Both the position numbers and the translations under genes were made by a program. A stretch of DNA of 64,000 nucleotides. Origin: a virus (Duplodnaviria > Caudoviricetes). The notes below the pieces were generated by a model that was given only the letters and a program-made list of their open reading frames with translations, did no database searches and had not been told where the DNA came from. Each line of letters begins with the position of its first letter. Positions within the stretch are counted from its first letter, which is position 1. The DNA is taken from positions 96,001 through 160,000 of IMG/VR virus record IMGVR_UViG_3300021256_000056. One strand, written 5' to 3'. Below, one piece after another: positions 37,040 to 45,998 of this stretch.

Positions 37040-40000
37040 TTAGAGGTGAATGTATTTGCTGTTCCTCATTAACATTTTTGTACATGGGAGGCTATTATCG
37101 CCCTTCTTGTAACTAAAGTGTACCCATTTACCTGACGCCTTTTCGTTAATAATTTGACCCCATTTTTTATTTCTACTTTCATAATACTTAATAATGAAAT
37201 CGAAGAGCATGTCGATTGAAGTGTCACCCCAACCTCCTCCTGGTGTTCGCAATTTAATATCAGCTGCCGTTCCGTATGTGTGGTCTGAATTTTTTGCTCC
37301 ACCAACGACGCTATTAGGGCTGTCTTCCTCAGTACTATTCGTTTTGGCGGAACGGAATGCGCTTGTAATGTAAAACTCGGTATATTTTGCCCAGTTTTTA
37401 CCACTATTTTGCTTACAAAATTGCCTCCAAGCATCTTGTAGTTCATTAAGAGCTTTGGATAATTCTGTAATATTTGTTTCTACTTGGGCGCTATTTGCCA
37501 CGTGCGCAGGGTCGTTATCTAGCTTGTCGTTAGGGTGGTCTTTATTGTATTTTGCAAAGCTGCCACCAGTTTGAATCATTCTCTCCCGTGTAAAAATAGG
37601 CGTTACATTGTCTGCGTGATATTCTGACATGAAACTATCAAAATCCCTGGTGTCTATTGCTTGTGTATACCTAACATAAACATCCCTTTCACCATTAACA
37701 ACAATTGCATTAGTGGATATAAACGGTGTATCATACTTAGACATTCTTACACCAGTAAATCTTGTTACCATGTCGCCAGCGCGAATGCTGTGTTCTATCT
37801 TTATGATGAGATAAACACCCCTGAATAAAGGAATATTATTAAGTTGAAAATATGTTAACGGCATTATTTGAGCATTGCCCATCATTTCAACAACGCAAGT
37901 ATAGGAATAGTTAGCATAAATCCTATATAAATCCTGGCCGTAAAGTGCAGTTTGATTTACCCCCTCGGATGCCTTTGATGCAATTAACTGTGTGGTTGCA
38001 ATACTGGCTTCCGTTACTTGTGGGTTCTGCATATTAACATTTATCTTCTTGAATACGCTTTGATTCTGTTTTGCATACGTTACTCCAAAAGAAGGTATAT
38101 AATAATCCCCATCCCTATATTCAGAAATTTGTGGAATTTGAAATTTGCTTTCTAGTATATTACCCGTTGCGTTTGCAATGTTAAATCCGTCGGAAGCATA
38201 CATATAAGATGGATTATTCCAATCGGTATCCAGGAATTGTGAAGCTCTATTTGTGTATATACAAACATAACACGACGTATCTCTTTCGTCCATCTTTGAA
38301 TAAGGGATAACATCGAACATATCCGCAATGCCCTGTGGATTCGTAAATTCATTTTCCATAGGTAGGGTAAGGAATAGCATTTCATTTTTTTGACATATAT
38401 TTGCCAAAAATTCATAGAAACTTTGGTTTACGTATTTCATGTTAACCGCGGTATTGTCTATGTTCGATGAGGCCATCATCTGAGACGCTGTTTCCACAAT
38501 ACTCTCTGTATTTACGACCATCTGGTCTTCGATATTGTGGTAAAATGAATCAATAAACTTAAAGTGGCTGAACTCACTTTTTTGAATATCCTCTCTTTTC
38601 TTAGCCTCTTCTGGGCTTACTCTTGTAGGTGATAGTGTCCATCTATATTTATTCCTATTGCCACATAGCCACCTATCATAAAGATTTTTAAGCGTTAAAT
38701 ATGTCGCCAATTTAATGTTATTATCAATAACGGCGTCATTCTCATTTTGATTTCTCAAAACAGGTTCGTTGTTGTCATCTTCTAGTTGGTTTTTATACCT
38801 TTCCGTTATTTGCTTATAGAATCCTCTAAGAATATTTTTGAGTGAATCCAAAGGTATATTGTTACCAACTTTATTGGTGTTGATATATATGTATTGTTTC
38901 GCAAAGAGTTCATGTATTAAATAACCTTGCCAGTAACTTTCTTTCTTTACTGGTAATTCAACACTAATTCCCCTATTGGGTATGATGAGCCCTTCCTTAT
39001 CATAAAATTCCGCGCTGGTATGATTACCCGAAAGGTTGCATATATTACCAAATTTATATTGTGCTTTATCTTTTTGATATATATTAAATGCGTCCTTGGC
39101 CAATTTCTTGATTTGGGATGCGGACATATCCAACTCCAGCTTATTGTTTATATCAGGAAAAACTTTAAGCGCCCAATTTTCAAAAAGAGTCATGAGTAGT
39201 CTCTGTTCCGCGTGTGTTCTGGGAGTTGTTAATAAATCTCCCATCTTAAGATACTCCCGACTAGAAGTAGAACTAATGAATGTACACACTGCGGGTTCTT
39301 TTTGAAGATGTAATTTATTATCTTTATCTGTGAGTGTTTTTACTAGATATACTTCATTTTCCCCAGCAAGTTTATATTTACCGTCACCAAAATTCAATAA
39401 TTGTATATCGAAATTATTTTGCCTACGATAATTGTATTCGAAATATAGTGCACCCTCCCATAGCGCTTCCGCTGCACACATTAAATATTGATTACTCTCA
39501 TCGACTGTTGCTATGGGAATGCCCATACAAAGTAGGAATGCCTTTGCTAATTTTTTGTCTCTATCGTCTTCGGTATTATTTTGTTCGTAAAAAAAAGGAT
39601 GACCATATAGCTGATGGCGCGTTACGCCTTCTTCGGCTATATCGATATAAGCTGGGGTCTTTATGTAATAACTGCTACTATTTGCTTGTATTGCATGGTA
39701 ATAATTGGGTATTTTTCCGTATTCGGACCCATACGCCTTTTTACCCCCCTCTAATGTGCCAAAACAATACTTATTTGCTGCGGCAAAATCATGTAATACA
39801 AATTTGTACTGGTCTTTTGTATCATTGTCTAGTTTTTCTTTTTTTTCTATTAAATCTTTTAGACTCTTTGTTAATTCAGTTTCGTTGTTCTCGTCAATTA
39901 CAAAAGTTTCTACTAGACCAGCAGTATTATCCCCTTCACTTCCAATGATAGCCCATTTTTCGTCGTCTTTAAAGTTTACCTTTGCGGGGTTGCCGTTACC

Positions 40001-42511
40001 GATGAAAAACAATTTTTTATTTTCATTATTTTCATTTTTCTTTATCCAATCATAAGACATTTCTTTGGTAAAAACAGTCTTATTGACACTAACGCTGCCC
40101 TCTGCTGGTATATCAAAGGCCTTTCTGTCGTTGACTCTACTTTCTGTTGTAAAATAATCAATAACAAAACTAATGAACTTATCTGCGTTATCACAAGATT
40201 TTAACCCCTCTTTAAACGTTGGTGATAGTCTGGGGGATGCTTTGAAAAGGTTTTCAGCCTCTATCCTACCAGCCGCTTCTGTGGTGAGTGTACTAGTATA
40301 TGCGCTAGTTGCGCAATAGTACCAGTTATATGCTCTTAGTATTAAAGTTAATAGGGCTGATGGCCACTCTAGATTACCCTGTTTAAGTGTTGAGAGATAA
40401 TCGTATGGATTTGCCCCGCCATGAAGAATATCATAGTTGGTTAAAGGAAGGAACTCAATTGAGCCGTCACTGCTTACGTCTTCATCCTGTGGCAAATCTT
40501 CTCTTATTTTCTCACTATAGCTTTTTGCTGCATCAATAAGTTTATTTACAAAATCTATCTCAAGTAAACCGCTTGAATCTCCAGGTAATTCTCCTGGCCA
40601 TATCGGAACCTTTTTTCTACCCTTAAGTGTGGTACTGTTTTCACTACCACCGCCCTCCTCTACTTCTTTATAAAACATTGTGAATGGCGGTACGGCGTTT
40701 GACTCGCTAAAACTGGGTGGTAAATCAGTGTTTTCTTTCGTGAATCCCAGGACTTTTAGGCTTCTTTTTTCTGGGTCATGTTGTTTTATATCATTAATAT
40801 CACTAAGATAACGATGGAAAACCGCCATGAAAGTATCAAGGTGGGCAAATGCCATTCTGAAAGCATTACCAATTGTTGGGTTAAACCCGAGATTTGTGGA
40901 AACTTTAACACTTAATGTTTTTTGTCTTTCATTTTCAAGTTGTAGCTTCTCTTCCCTTAGTTTATTTATTCTATCCCCTAAATTAATAATCCACTCAGGT
41001 ATTGTGTAACCAAATTCATTTTCAGTTAAAGGTGAATATTGTAAGTATAAATAATAGGTCCCACCTTTACCCTTTATGAAATTATCGTATATGTATTTTG
41101 TTATGTCTTTCTTGTATTCGTTTGTTATGCCTACAATGTTAATCTTTCCCTCATATAGTCCGCTTGCTCTATATAGTCTATTTTTCACTGCGCCGTCAAT
41201 AGCTGCAATTACTACGTCTTCTGATTCGGTAAGCTTATAATCGATTTTAGCTGGCCCCTTTGCTTGTTGCCATCCGTTTACATTCCAACCAAAACAATTT
41301 AACTGTTCGCTGAGGCTTTCCTGAAATTCTTTGTTATAATTACTTATATTTTCCAATAATGTTCTGTAACTGGTAGCGTCTTTCGGAGTTTTGTCGCCAA
41401 AAACCTTATCAAACCAATCTATAAGTTTACCAAATATATCGAAAGCGCTTCTATTCTTAACATCTAACTTTTCGGTTATTATTATGTTGCCGATGGTAGA
41501 AACCCCGCAAACATAATACGTTTTTGCATTGCCTCTTGTTAATTCGATAAAGAAATAACCGCAATTAAAAGCTTCTTCAAGGCAGGCGTTGAGACTGGTC
41601 TGAATTTTCTCGAGTGCACTAATCTTCCTAGATAATTTTGATATTTCCTCGCTCCAAATATCGTTTGTGCTCTCAGCATTTTTCGTCGTAGCGCTTGCTT
41701 CGGCCATCAATTTCCTCAATTCTGGGTACGTTTTAATTGTGCTGACATTGTCAAGATACTTAAATCCTCGTTGTGCCCAATATTCTCTACCCTTACCCTC
41801 AATATATGGCGCAATCATAACTAAATTCATCGGAACATCGGTATATACGCCAAACATATATCCAATAAATTTAGCATCAATTTCGAAGTGACCCGTTTCT
41901 GCGTTAAAGTTTGCTTTAAAATCTTCTACCGATAGATTGTAGGTGACCTCCTTCCCGTAAAACCCCTTTACTTTTAACTTAAACATTGGGTATGGGAAAC
42001 TAAAAAGTGCTTTGAAGAAGCTCCCTCCGTTAATTGAGGTGTCAACACTTGCTCCATTTAACTGCTCGTTTTTGACCGTGTTTAGGTAACCTTGTTCATG
42101 GGGAGACATTAGAGATGCACCTCGAACATCCACAAATTTTATGTTAACCTGTGGGATGTACCAGGAGCTATATGTTATATCAATAGATTCAATACCCAGG
42201 CATTCGTTAGTGTTTCTATCTGGCCTTGTACTCTCTATGTCTGTAAAATTGGTTGTTAAGAACCCATTGGTTCCACCAATGAAATTAATCGTTCCTTTAT
42301 CAGAAGAAAAATGAAGGTCATTATCTGATGAATTACCATTTCCGTATCCAATATATCCACAAGAATCCCTGTTACCAAACTCTACGGTAAAGTCAACAGA
42401 AATGCAATAATCTTCATAGGGATGTGGTATTCCGTTGGGAAGATTATTATATACATTATTGGGTTCTACATATAAAAGTCTGCCTTGGCTTTGTATGTTA
42501 CTGTTCTTCAT
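37040..42511 (-). CDS. Baseplate hub / central tail protein with C-terminal peptidase M15 (1823 aa)
   Basis: Hub-like termini (LGIESIDI..PQVNIKFVDVRG; YTCVVEMMGNAQIMPLTYFQL..GVYLIIKIEHSI); C-terminal ITSAFRS..VGGAKNSDHTYGTAADI..WVHFSY is the M15 SxHxxGxAxD...H zinc motif. Confidence 0.8.
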   Translation of the reverse strand: MKNSNIQSQGRLLYVEPNNVYNNLPNGIPHPYEDYCISVDFTVEFGNRDSCGYIGYGNGNSSDNDLHFSSDKGTINFIGGTNGFLTTNFTDIESTRPDRNTNECLGIESIDITYSSWYIPQVNIKFVDVRGASLMSPHEQGYLNTVKNEQLNGASVDTSINGGSFFKALFSFPYPMFKLKVKGFYGKEVTYNLSVEDFKANFNAETGHFEIDAKFIGYMFGVYTDVPMNLVMIAPYIEGKGREYWAQRGFKYLDNVSTIKTYPELRKLMAEASATTKNAESTNDIWSEEISKLSRKISALEKIQTSLNACLEEAFNCGYFFIELTRGNAKTYYVCGVSTIGNIIITEKLDVKNRSAFDIFGKLIDWFDKVFGDKTPKDATSYRTLLENISNYNKEFQESLSEQLNCFGWNVNGWQQAKGPAKIDYKLTESEDVVIAAIDGAVKNRLYRASGLYEGKINIVGITNEYKKDITKYIYDNFIKGKGGTYYLYLQYSPLTENEFGYTIPEWIINLGDRINKLREEKLQLENERQKTLSVKVSTNLGFNPTIGNAFRMAFAHLDTFMAVFHRYLSDINDIKQHDPEKRSLKVLGFTKENTDLPPSFSESNAVPPFTMFYKEVEEGGGSENSTTLKGRKKVPIWPGELPGDSSGLLEIDFVNKLIDAAKSYSEKIREDLPQDEDVSSDGSIEFLPLTNYDILHGGANPYDYLSTLKQGNLEWPSALLTLILRAYNWYYCATSAYTSTLTTEAAGRIEAENLFKASPRLSPTFKEGLKSCDNADKFISFVIDYFTTESRVNDRKAFDIPAEGSVSVNKTVFTKEMSYDWIKKNENNENKKLFFIGNGNPAKVNFKDDEKWAIIGSEGDNTAGLVETFVIDENNETELTKSLKDLIEKKEKLDNDTKDQYKFVLHDFAAANKYCFGTLEGGKKAYGSEYGKIPNYYHAIQANSSSYYIKTPAYIDIAEEGVTRHQLYGHPFFYEQNNTEDDRDKKLAKAFLLCMGIPIATVDESNQYLMCAAEALWEGALYFEYNYRRQNNFDIQLLNFGDGKYKLAGENEVYLVKTLTDKDNKLHLQKEPAVCTFISSTSSREYLKMGDLLTTPRTHAEQRLLMTLFENWALKVFPDINNKLELDMSASQIKKLAKDAFNIYQKDKAQYKFGNICNLSGNHTSAEFYDKEGLIIPNRGISVELPVKKESYWQGYLIHELFAKQYIYINTNKVGNNIPLDSLKNILRGFYKQITERYKNQLEDDNNEPVLRNQNENDAVIDNNIKLATYLTLKNLYDRWLCGNRNKYRWTLSPTRVSPEEAKKREDIQKSEFSHFKFIDSFYHNIEDQMVVNTESIVETASQMMASSNIDNTAVNMKYVNQSFYEFLANICQKNEMLFLTLPMENEFTNPQGIADMFDVIPYSKMDERDTSCYVCIYTNRASQFLDTDWNNPSYMYASDGFNIANATGNILESKFQIPQISEYRDGDYYIPSFGVTYAKQNQSVFKKINVNMQNPQVTEASIATTQLIASKASEGVNQTALYGQDLYRIYANYSYTCVVEMMGNAQIMPLTYFQLNNIPLFRGVYLIIKIEHSIRAGDMVTRFTGVRMSKYDTPFISTNAIVVNGERDVYVRYTQAIDTRDFDSFMSEYHADNVTPIFTRERMIQTGGSFAKYNKDHPNDKLDNDPAHVANSAQVETNITELSKALNELQDAWRQFCKQNSGKNWAKYTEFYITSAFRSAKTNSTEEDSPNSVVGGAKNSDHTYGTAADIKLRTPGGGWGDTSIDMLFDFIIKYYESRNKKWGQIINEKASGKWVHFSYKKGDNSLPCTKMLMRNSKYIHL

Positions 42512-42827
42512 TACCGTAAAGTTTATAATATTCGTCTATTGAATCTCTGTAATCTTGTAGCGATACCGAAAGTGGGTATGGTATTCTAAGTGTTGTCCCG
42601 TCTTCAATTTCATATTCCATTGAACCAGCTTCGGGATTGGCTTGAAGTATTAACCAACCATAGTTCGGGTTCTTGTAGTAGGTATAAGAAATTAAATCCA
42701 GGCGGCTCTTATTCTTCGCATATACCTCGAAAAAATCCGTGTCTTTTGGTTTTACTCTTCCAAATGGCACTAGTTCTATTTTACCATCGCCTCTAAATTG
42801 TTCGTATCTATCATATGATGCTACCAT
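42498..42827 (-). CDS. Baseplate wedge gp53 / LysM-like small protein
   Basis: RLDLISYTYYKNPNYGWLILQANP...GTTLRIP. Confidence 0.8.
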   Translation of the reverse strand: MVASYDRYEQFRGDGKIELVPFGRVKPKDTDFFEVYAKNKSRLDLISYTYYKNPNYGWLILQANPEAGSMEYEIEDGTTLRIPYPLSVSLQDYRDSIDEYYKLYGNEEQ

Positions 42828-42846
42828 AATAACTTCTTTTACTTAC

Positions 42847-45800
42847 TTATTTTTTTTCATCTCTATTTTTAAGCATTGCTTCATATACCTGAACGTCCCC
42901 ATCTGGACTTTCCCTATGGTCGGCTCTCCTGTCGTATATTGAAGCGTTGCTGTAATAGTTATATGATACGGCATTCTGTAATCTCTCGATTGGACCACTG
43001 ATATCGCTTCCGCCAATAAATTTAAATCTTAGTGTAATATCTGCCATCATTGGTTGTACACCTATGCCTTCTGGATTGAGGTCCCACTGTACCCCGCCAG
43101 CATTATCATATGAAATTTGAATGCTCTCTATCAATATTTTTGTGTTATAGAAATCTCCAATTCTTAAAACACAGTATGGTGCCCTGCCAAACGCAAGATT
43201 TCCAACTCCTGTATCTTTAGGAGTACCGTTTGCATCGGATGCGGATACCGTTGGCCCTTGCCTTGTACACTGATGAAGGAAAGTTAATCTTGCGTTAAAA
43301 CCTTCAGGTGTAATACTGTGATATGCAGGGTCAAAGAACTGTATTTTTTGAATAATACGATTCTTAATGAACGATTCTGATTCCTTAATGTCCCTAAAAT
43401 AAGTGTATTCATTATCGTAAGGTTCGTCAGTCTGTTTCTTTCCGCTAACGCTCCTGTAAATATTCCTCGTCTTTGTTACAGTCTCCCGCGCCGCTTTCTT
43501 CTGCTTCTTTTCTTTATTTATATCATAGTAAATTTCTATTACCGCAGAGCGATTTACTTTTGCTTCTAGACTTGAAACATCAAAATTGCCCTTTGAAACG
43601 TTTATTGGTTTTGATTCTCCTGGGTAAATTTTATTTCCATCAACAAAGTATTTCATCCGCCCCTTTAGCCATTCAGACACAGAATATGCTCTATCTTTAG
43701 AGAGCATATCGTTTTTGTTCTCATCGCCGTGACTGGAAGCGTGTCCATAAACCGAAATGTGGTCTATTTTTTCCGCATTATTCAATAATGCTGCAAGGAC
43801 AGGATTTACGTTTTCCTGTGTATTGTATGAACCAAAATTTTTAAGGGCGTAATATAAGTCTCCAAAAGAAAATAATGTTTTACCGTAATCAATTGTCTCA
43901 TCTATTAGCCCAGAGGTCTTCATTTGCCCTTCTATAAATTTGAAAGAGTCTGCATCAAAATTGTTTAATGTAAAGCCCGTTATGTCGCCATTATTGGGTA
44001 GACCTTCACTTGCGGGTAACTCAACAATTTTTCCCTTTTCTCTCTTATAATATTTATCCCAATTATTGCCTGATTTCGTGGCATAATATACCAAGGCTTG
44101 GTTTTTATATTTATTATCTACTCTATAATACCATGTTTGTCCCACACCCACAATAGGGTTATCTATCTCATGTCCCTCGTTTTCTACCTCATAGCCATTG
44201 GATGCATATCTTCCACCATTCATAAGATAATCGGCAAAATCATCAGGTTTATCGTCTATACCAGAATAATTGTTCGGGAAAAATACAAAAATTTTAATGG
44301 TCTCTAGCTTTGGACTTTCAACTGGTGTTACAGTCCTTTCCACTACATCATCATATGTTTCAGTCTCCACCTCATCCTGGCCAGCTGTTGTATCTCCTAG
44401 GTCATCACAACCCGCAAAGAAACGAAGAATTTTCTGTTCGTTTTCAAAGCTATCAGAAGGATTCTTCCCTCTCCATTTGTTTATGATTGAAGGGTGGTCA
44501 ATCAATAGAGTAAATGAAAGACTACCACCTCTTTCCGTATTCACATATGAATATATTTTCTCGCCTCTCCCTATAAATGTATTGTCGCTCCATTGTGTCG
44601 TTATATCCTCTGAGAATTTTAAGTTATATGGAGGAAACCACATAATACGTCCGCCATTGGGGCCTCTTTGCTCCTCAGTAAGTGTTGGCCCTATGTTATA
44701 ATTTGTCCTGTCGTTCTGCTTGTTTTGATAGGGTGGTTTTAATTTAAACGTTGTATTTTGTATTTCAACATCCTTCCACGCAAGATTCTCTATTGAAAAC
44801 ATGCATTTCTTTATACTCTCTTTATCAAGTTCTCCACTTTGTGTTTTATGTGGTGCAATATTAACAAAACCATTAGGTTTTAATACACTCATGTCAGAAA
44901 GGCGTTTTGCTCCATTATATGGACGTAAGCCTTCACCATAATTTCCTTGTATTTCTGCTAGTGTAGCAAAACTTTCCGCACCACCTTCATCTTTTATTCT
45001 CGGACGAATTAAATCGGTCATCTTACTGTACTGATGATTTACGGTCCATACCCTACAATATGGGTTATCATAACCACCCCCGAGATTTGTTGCGCCCTCT
45101 TTGTATAAATTTCTGCCTCTTGAAAGAAATCTTTTCTTGTCTGTAAAATTATCTTTTTCCTCCGCATAAAAACGGTCGATTATTGAATTGATTTGACCGT
45201 GTGCGAATAATTGATTTGTTTTATGTAGGAGCCAACCTTTCGAATTTGCCTCGTAATTTGCAAAATTATCAATTTCGGTTGTAAATAAATGCTCGTCATA
45301 TGAACGGTCTACGTTGCTGGGCCTCTCAAGCCCCTCGTTATACGTAAACAACATTTCATTATCGTTGGAGTTTACTAATATCGTTGGAGTGTTAACCTTG
45401 GTTTCAGTATATTCCCCCTCCCAATTGCGCTTGGTGGGCATTGTAATCTTTTTGGGGTCATTGTCTGTACTCCAGCCCGCAGACAATATAGAATCATCTA
45501 TAATGTATCTGTTTTCAGCACGAAGATGTTTGTTTAATTCCGCAAGAGAATCCCCTAAAACTTTTTCGCCGCCCCTTAAGATTGGGCTTTCAGAATTAGT
45601 AACATATATGTCTTTTTTATTACCGTTGTATTCAACCTTTCTAAAACGGTTCACGGCATCACCGTATATGACCGAGCTTATGTTTATCCCATTAAGGTTT
45701 ATATCATCGGTAACTCCATTATTGTAACCAACAAGTCCATTTATACCACCAATATCACTTGGTCTATTAAGCAAGCGCTCATAAACATTATATGCCATAC

Positions 45801-45963
45801 CAACCTCTGGATACATAGGCTGGTTGTACATTGAATACTTTCCAATGTTACGCATTAACGCAATGTTTCTTATTAAAAGGTTCTTGTTTAAAAGGTTGCC
45901 TATTTGATAATCATCTAAAAACGTATTTGTTGCGTTTGATATTTTTAATATTGTGGTATCCAT
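42847..45963 (-). CDS. Tail tube initiator / baseplate protein containing an OmpA-like peptidoglycan-binding domain (1038 aa)
   Basis: IMWFPPY..FSE..W....FIGRGE.IYSY.NTER and APYCVLRIGDFYNTKI flank ISVYGHASSHG..NDMLSKDRAYSV..GES..NRSAVIEI (OmpA C-like); follows the tape measure gene. Confidence 0.7.
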   Translation of the reverse strand: MDTTILKISNATNTFLDDYQIGNLLNKNLLIRNIALMRNIGKYSMYNQPMYPEVGMAYNVYERLLNRPSDIGGINGLVGYNNGVTDDINLNGINISSVIYGDAVNRFRKVEYNGNKKDIYVTNSESPILRGGEKVLGDSLAELNKHLRAENRYIIDDSILSAGWSTDNDPKKITMPTKRNWEGEYTETKVNTPTILVNSNDNEMLFTYNEGLERPSNVDRSYDEHLFTTEIDNFANYEANSKGWLLHKTNQLFAHGQINSIIDRFYAEEKDNFTDKKRFLSRGRNLYKEGATNLGGGYDNPYCRVWTVNHQYSKMTDLIRPRIKDEGGAESFATLAEIQGNYGEGLRPYNGAKRLSDMSVLKPNGFVNIAPHKTQSGELDKESIKKCMFSIENLAWKDVEIQNTTFKLKPPYQNKQNDRTNYNIGPTLTEEQRGPNGGRIMWFPPYNLKFSEDITTQWSDNTFIGRGEKIYSYVNTERGGSLSFTLLIDHPSIINKWRGKNPSDSFENEQKILRFFAGCDDLGDTTAGQDEVETETYDDVVERTVTPVESPKLETIKIFVFFPNNYSGIDDKPDDFADYLMNGGRYASNGYEVENEGHEIDNPIVGVGQTWYYRVDNKYKNQALVYYATKSGNNWDKYYKREKGKIVELPASEGLPNNGDITGFTLNNFDADSFKFIEGQMKTSGLIDETIDYGKTLFSFGDLYYALKNFGSYNTQENVNPVLAALLNNAEKIDHISVYGHASSHGDENKNDMLSKDRAYSVSEWLKGRMKYFVDGNKIYPGESKPINVSKGNFDVSSLEAKVNRSAVIEIYYDINKEKKQKKAARETVTKTRNIYRSVSGKKQTDEPYDNEYTYFRDIKESESFIKNRIIQKIQFFDPAYHSITPEGFNARLTFLHQCTRQGPTVSASDANGTPKDTGVGNLAFGRAPYCVLRIGDFYNTKILIESIQISYDNAGGVQWDLNPEGIGVQPMMADITLRFKFIGGSDISGPIERLQNAVSYNYYSNASIYDRRADHRESPDGDVQVYEAMLKNRDEKK

Positions 45964-45998
45964 TTTCTAAAATATAATTTTTACTATTTTAAAATCAA

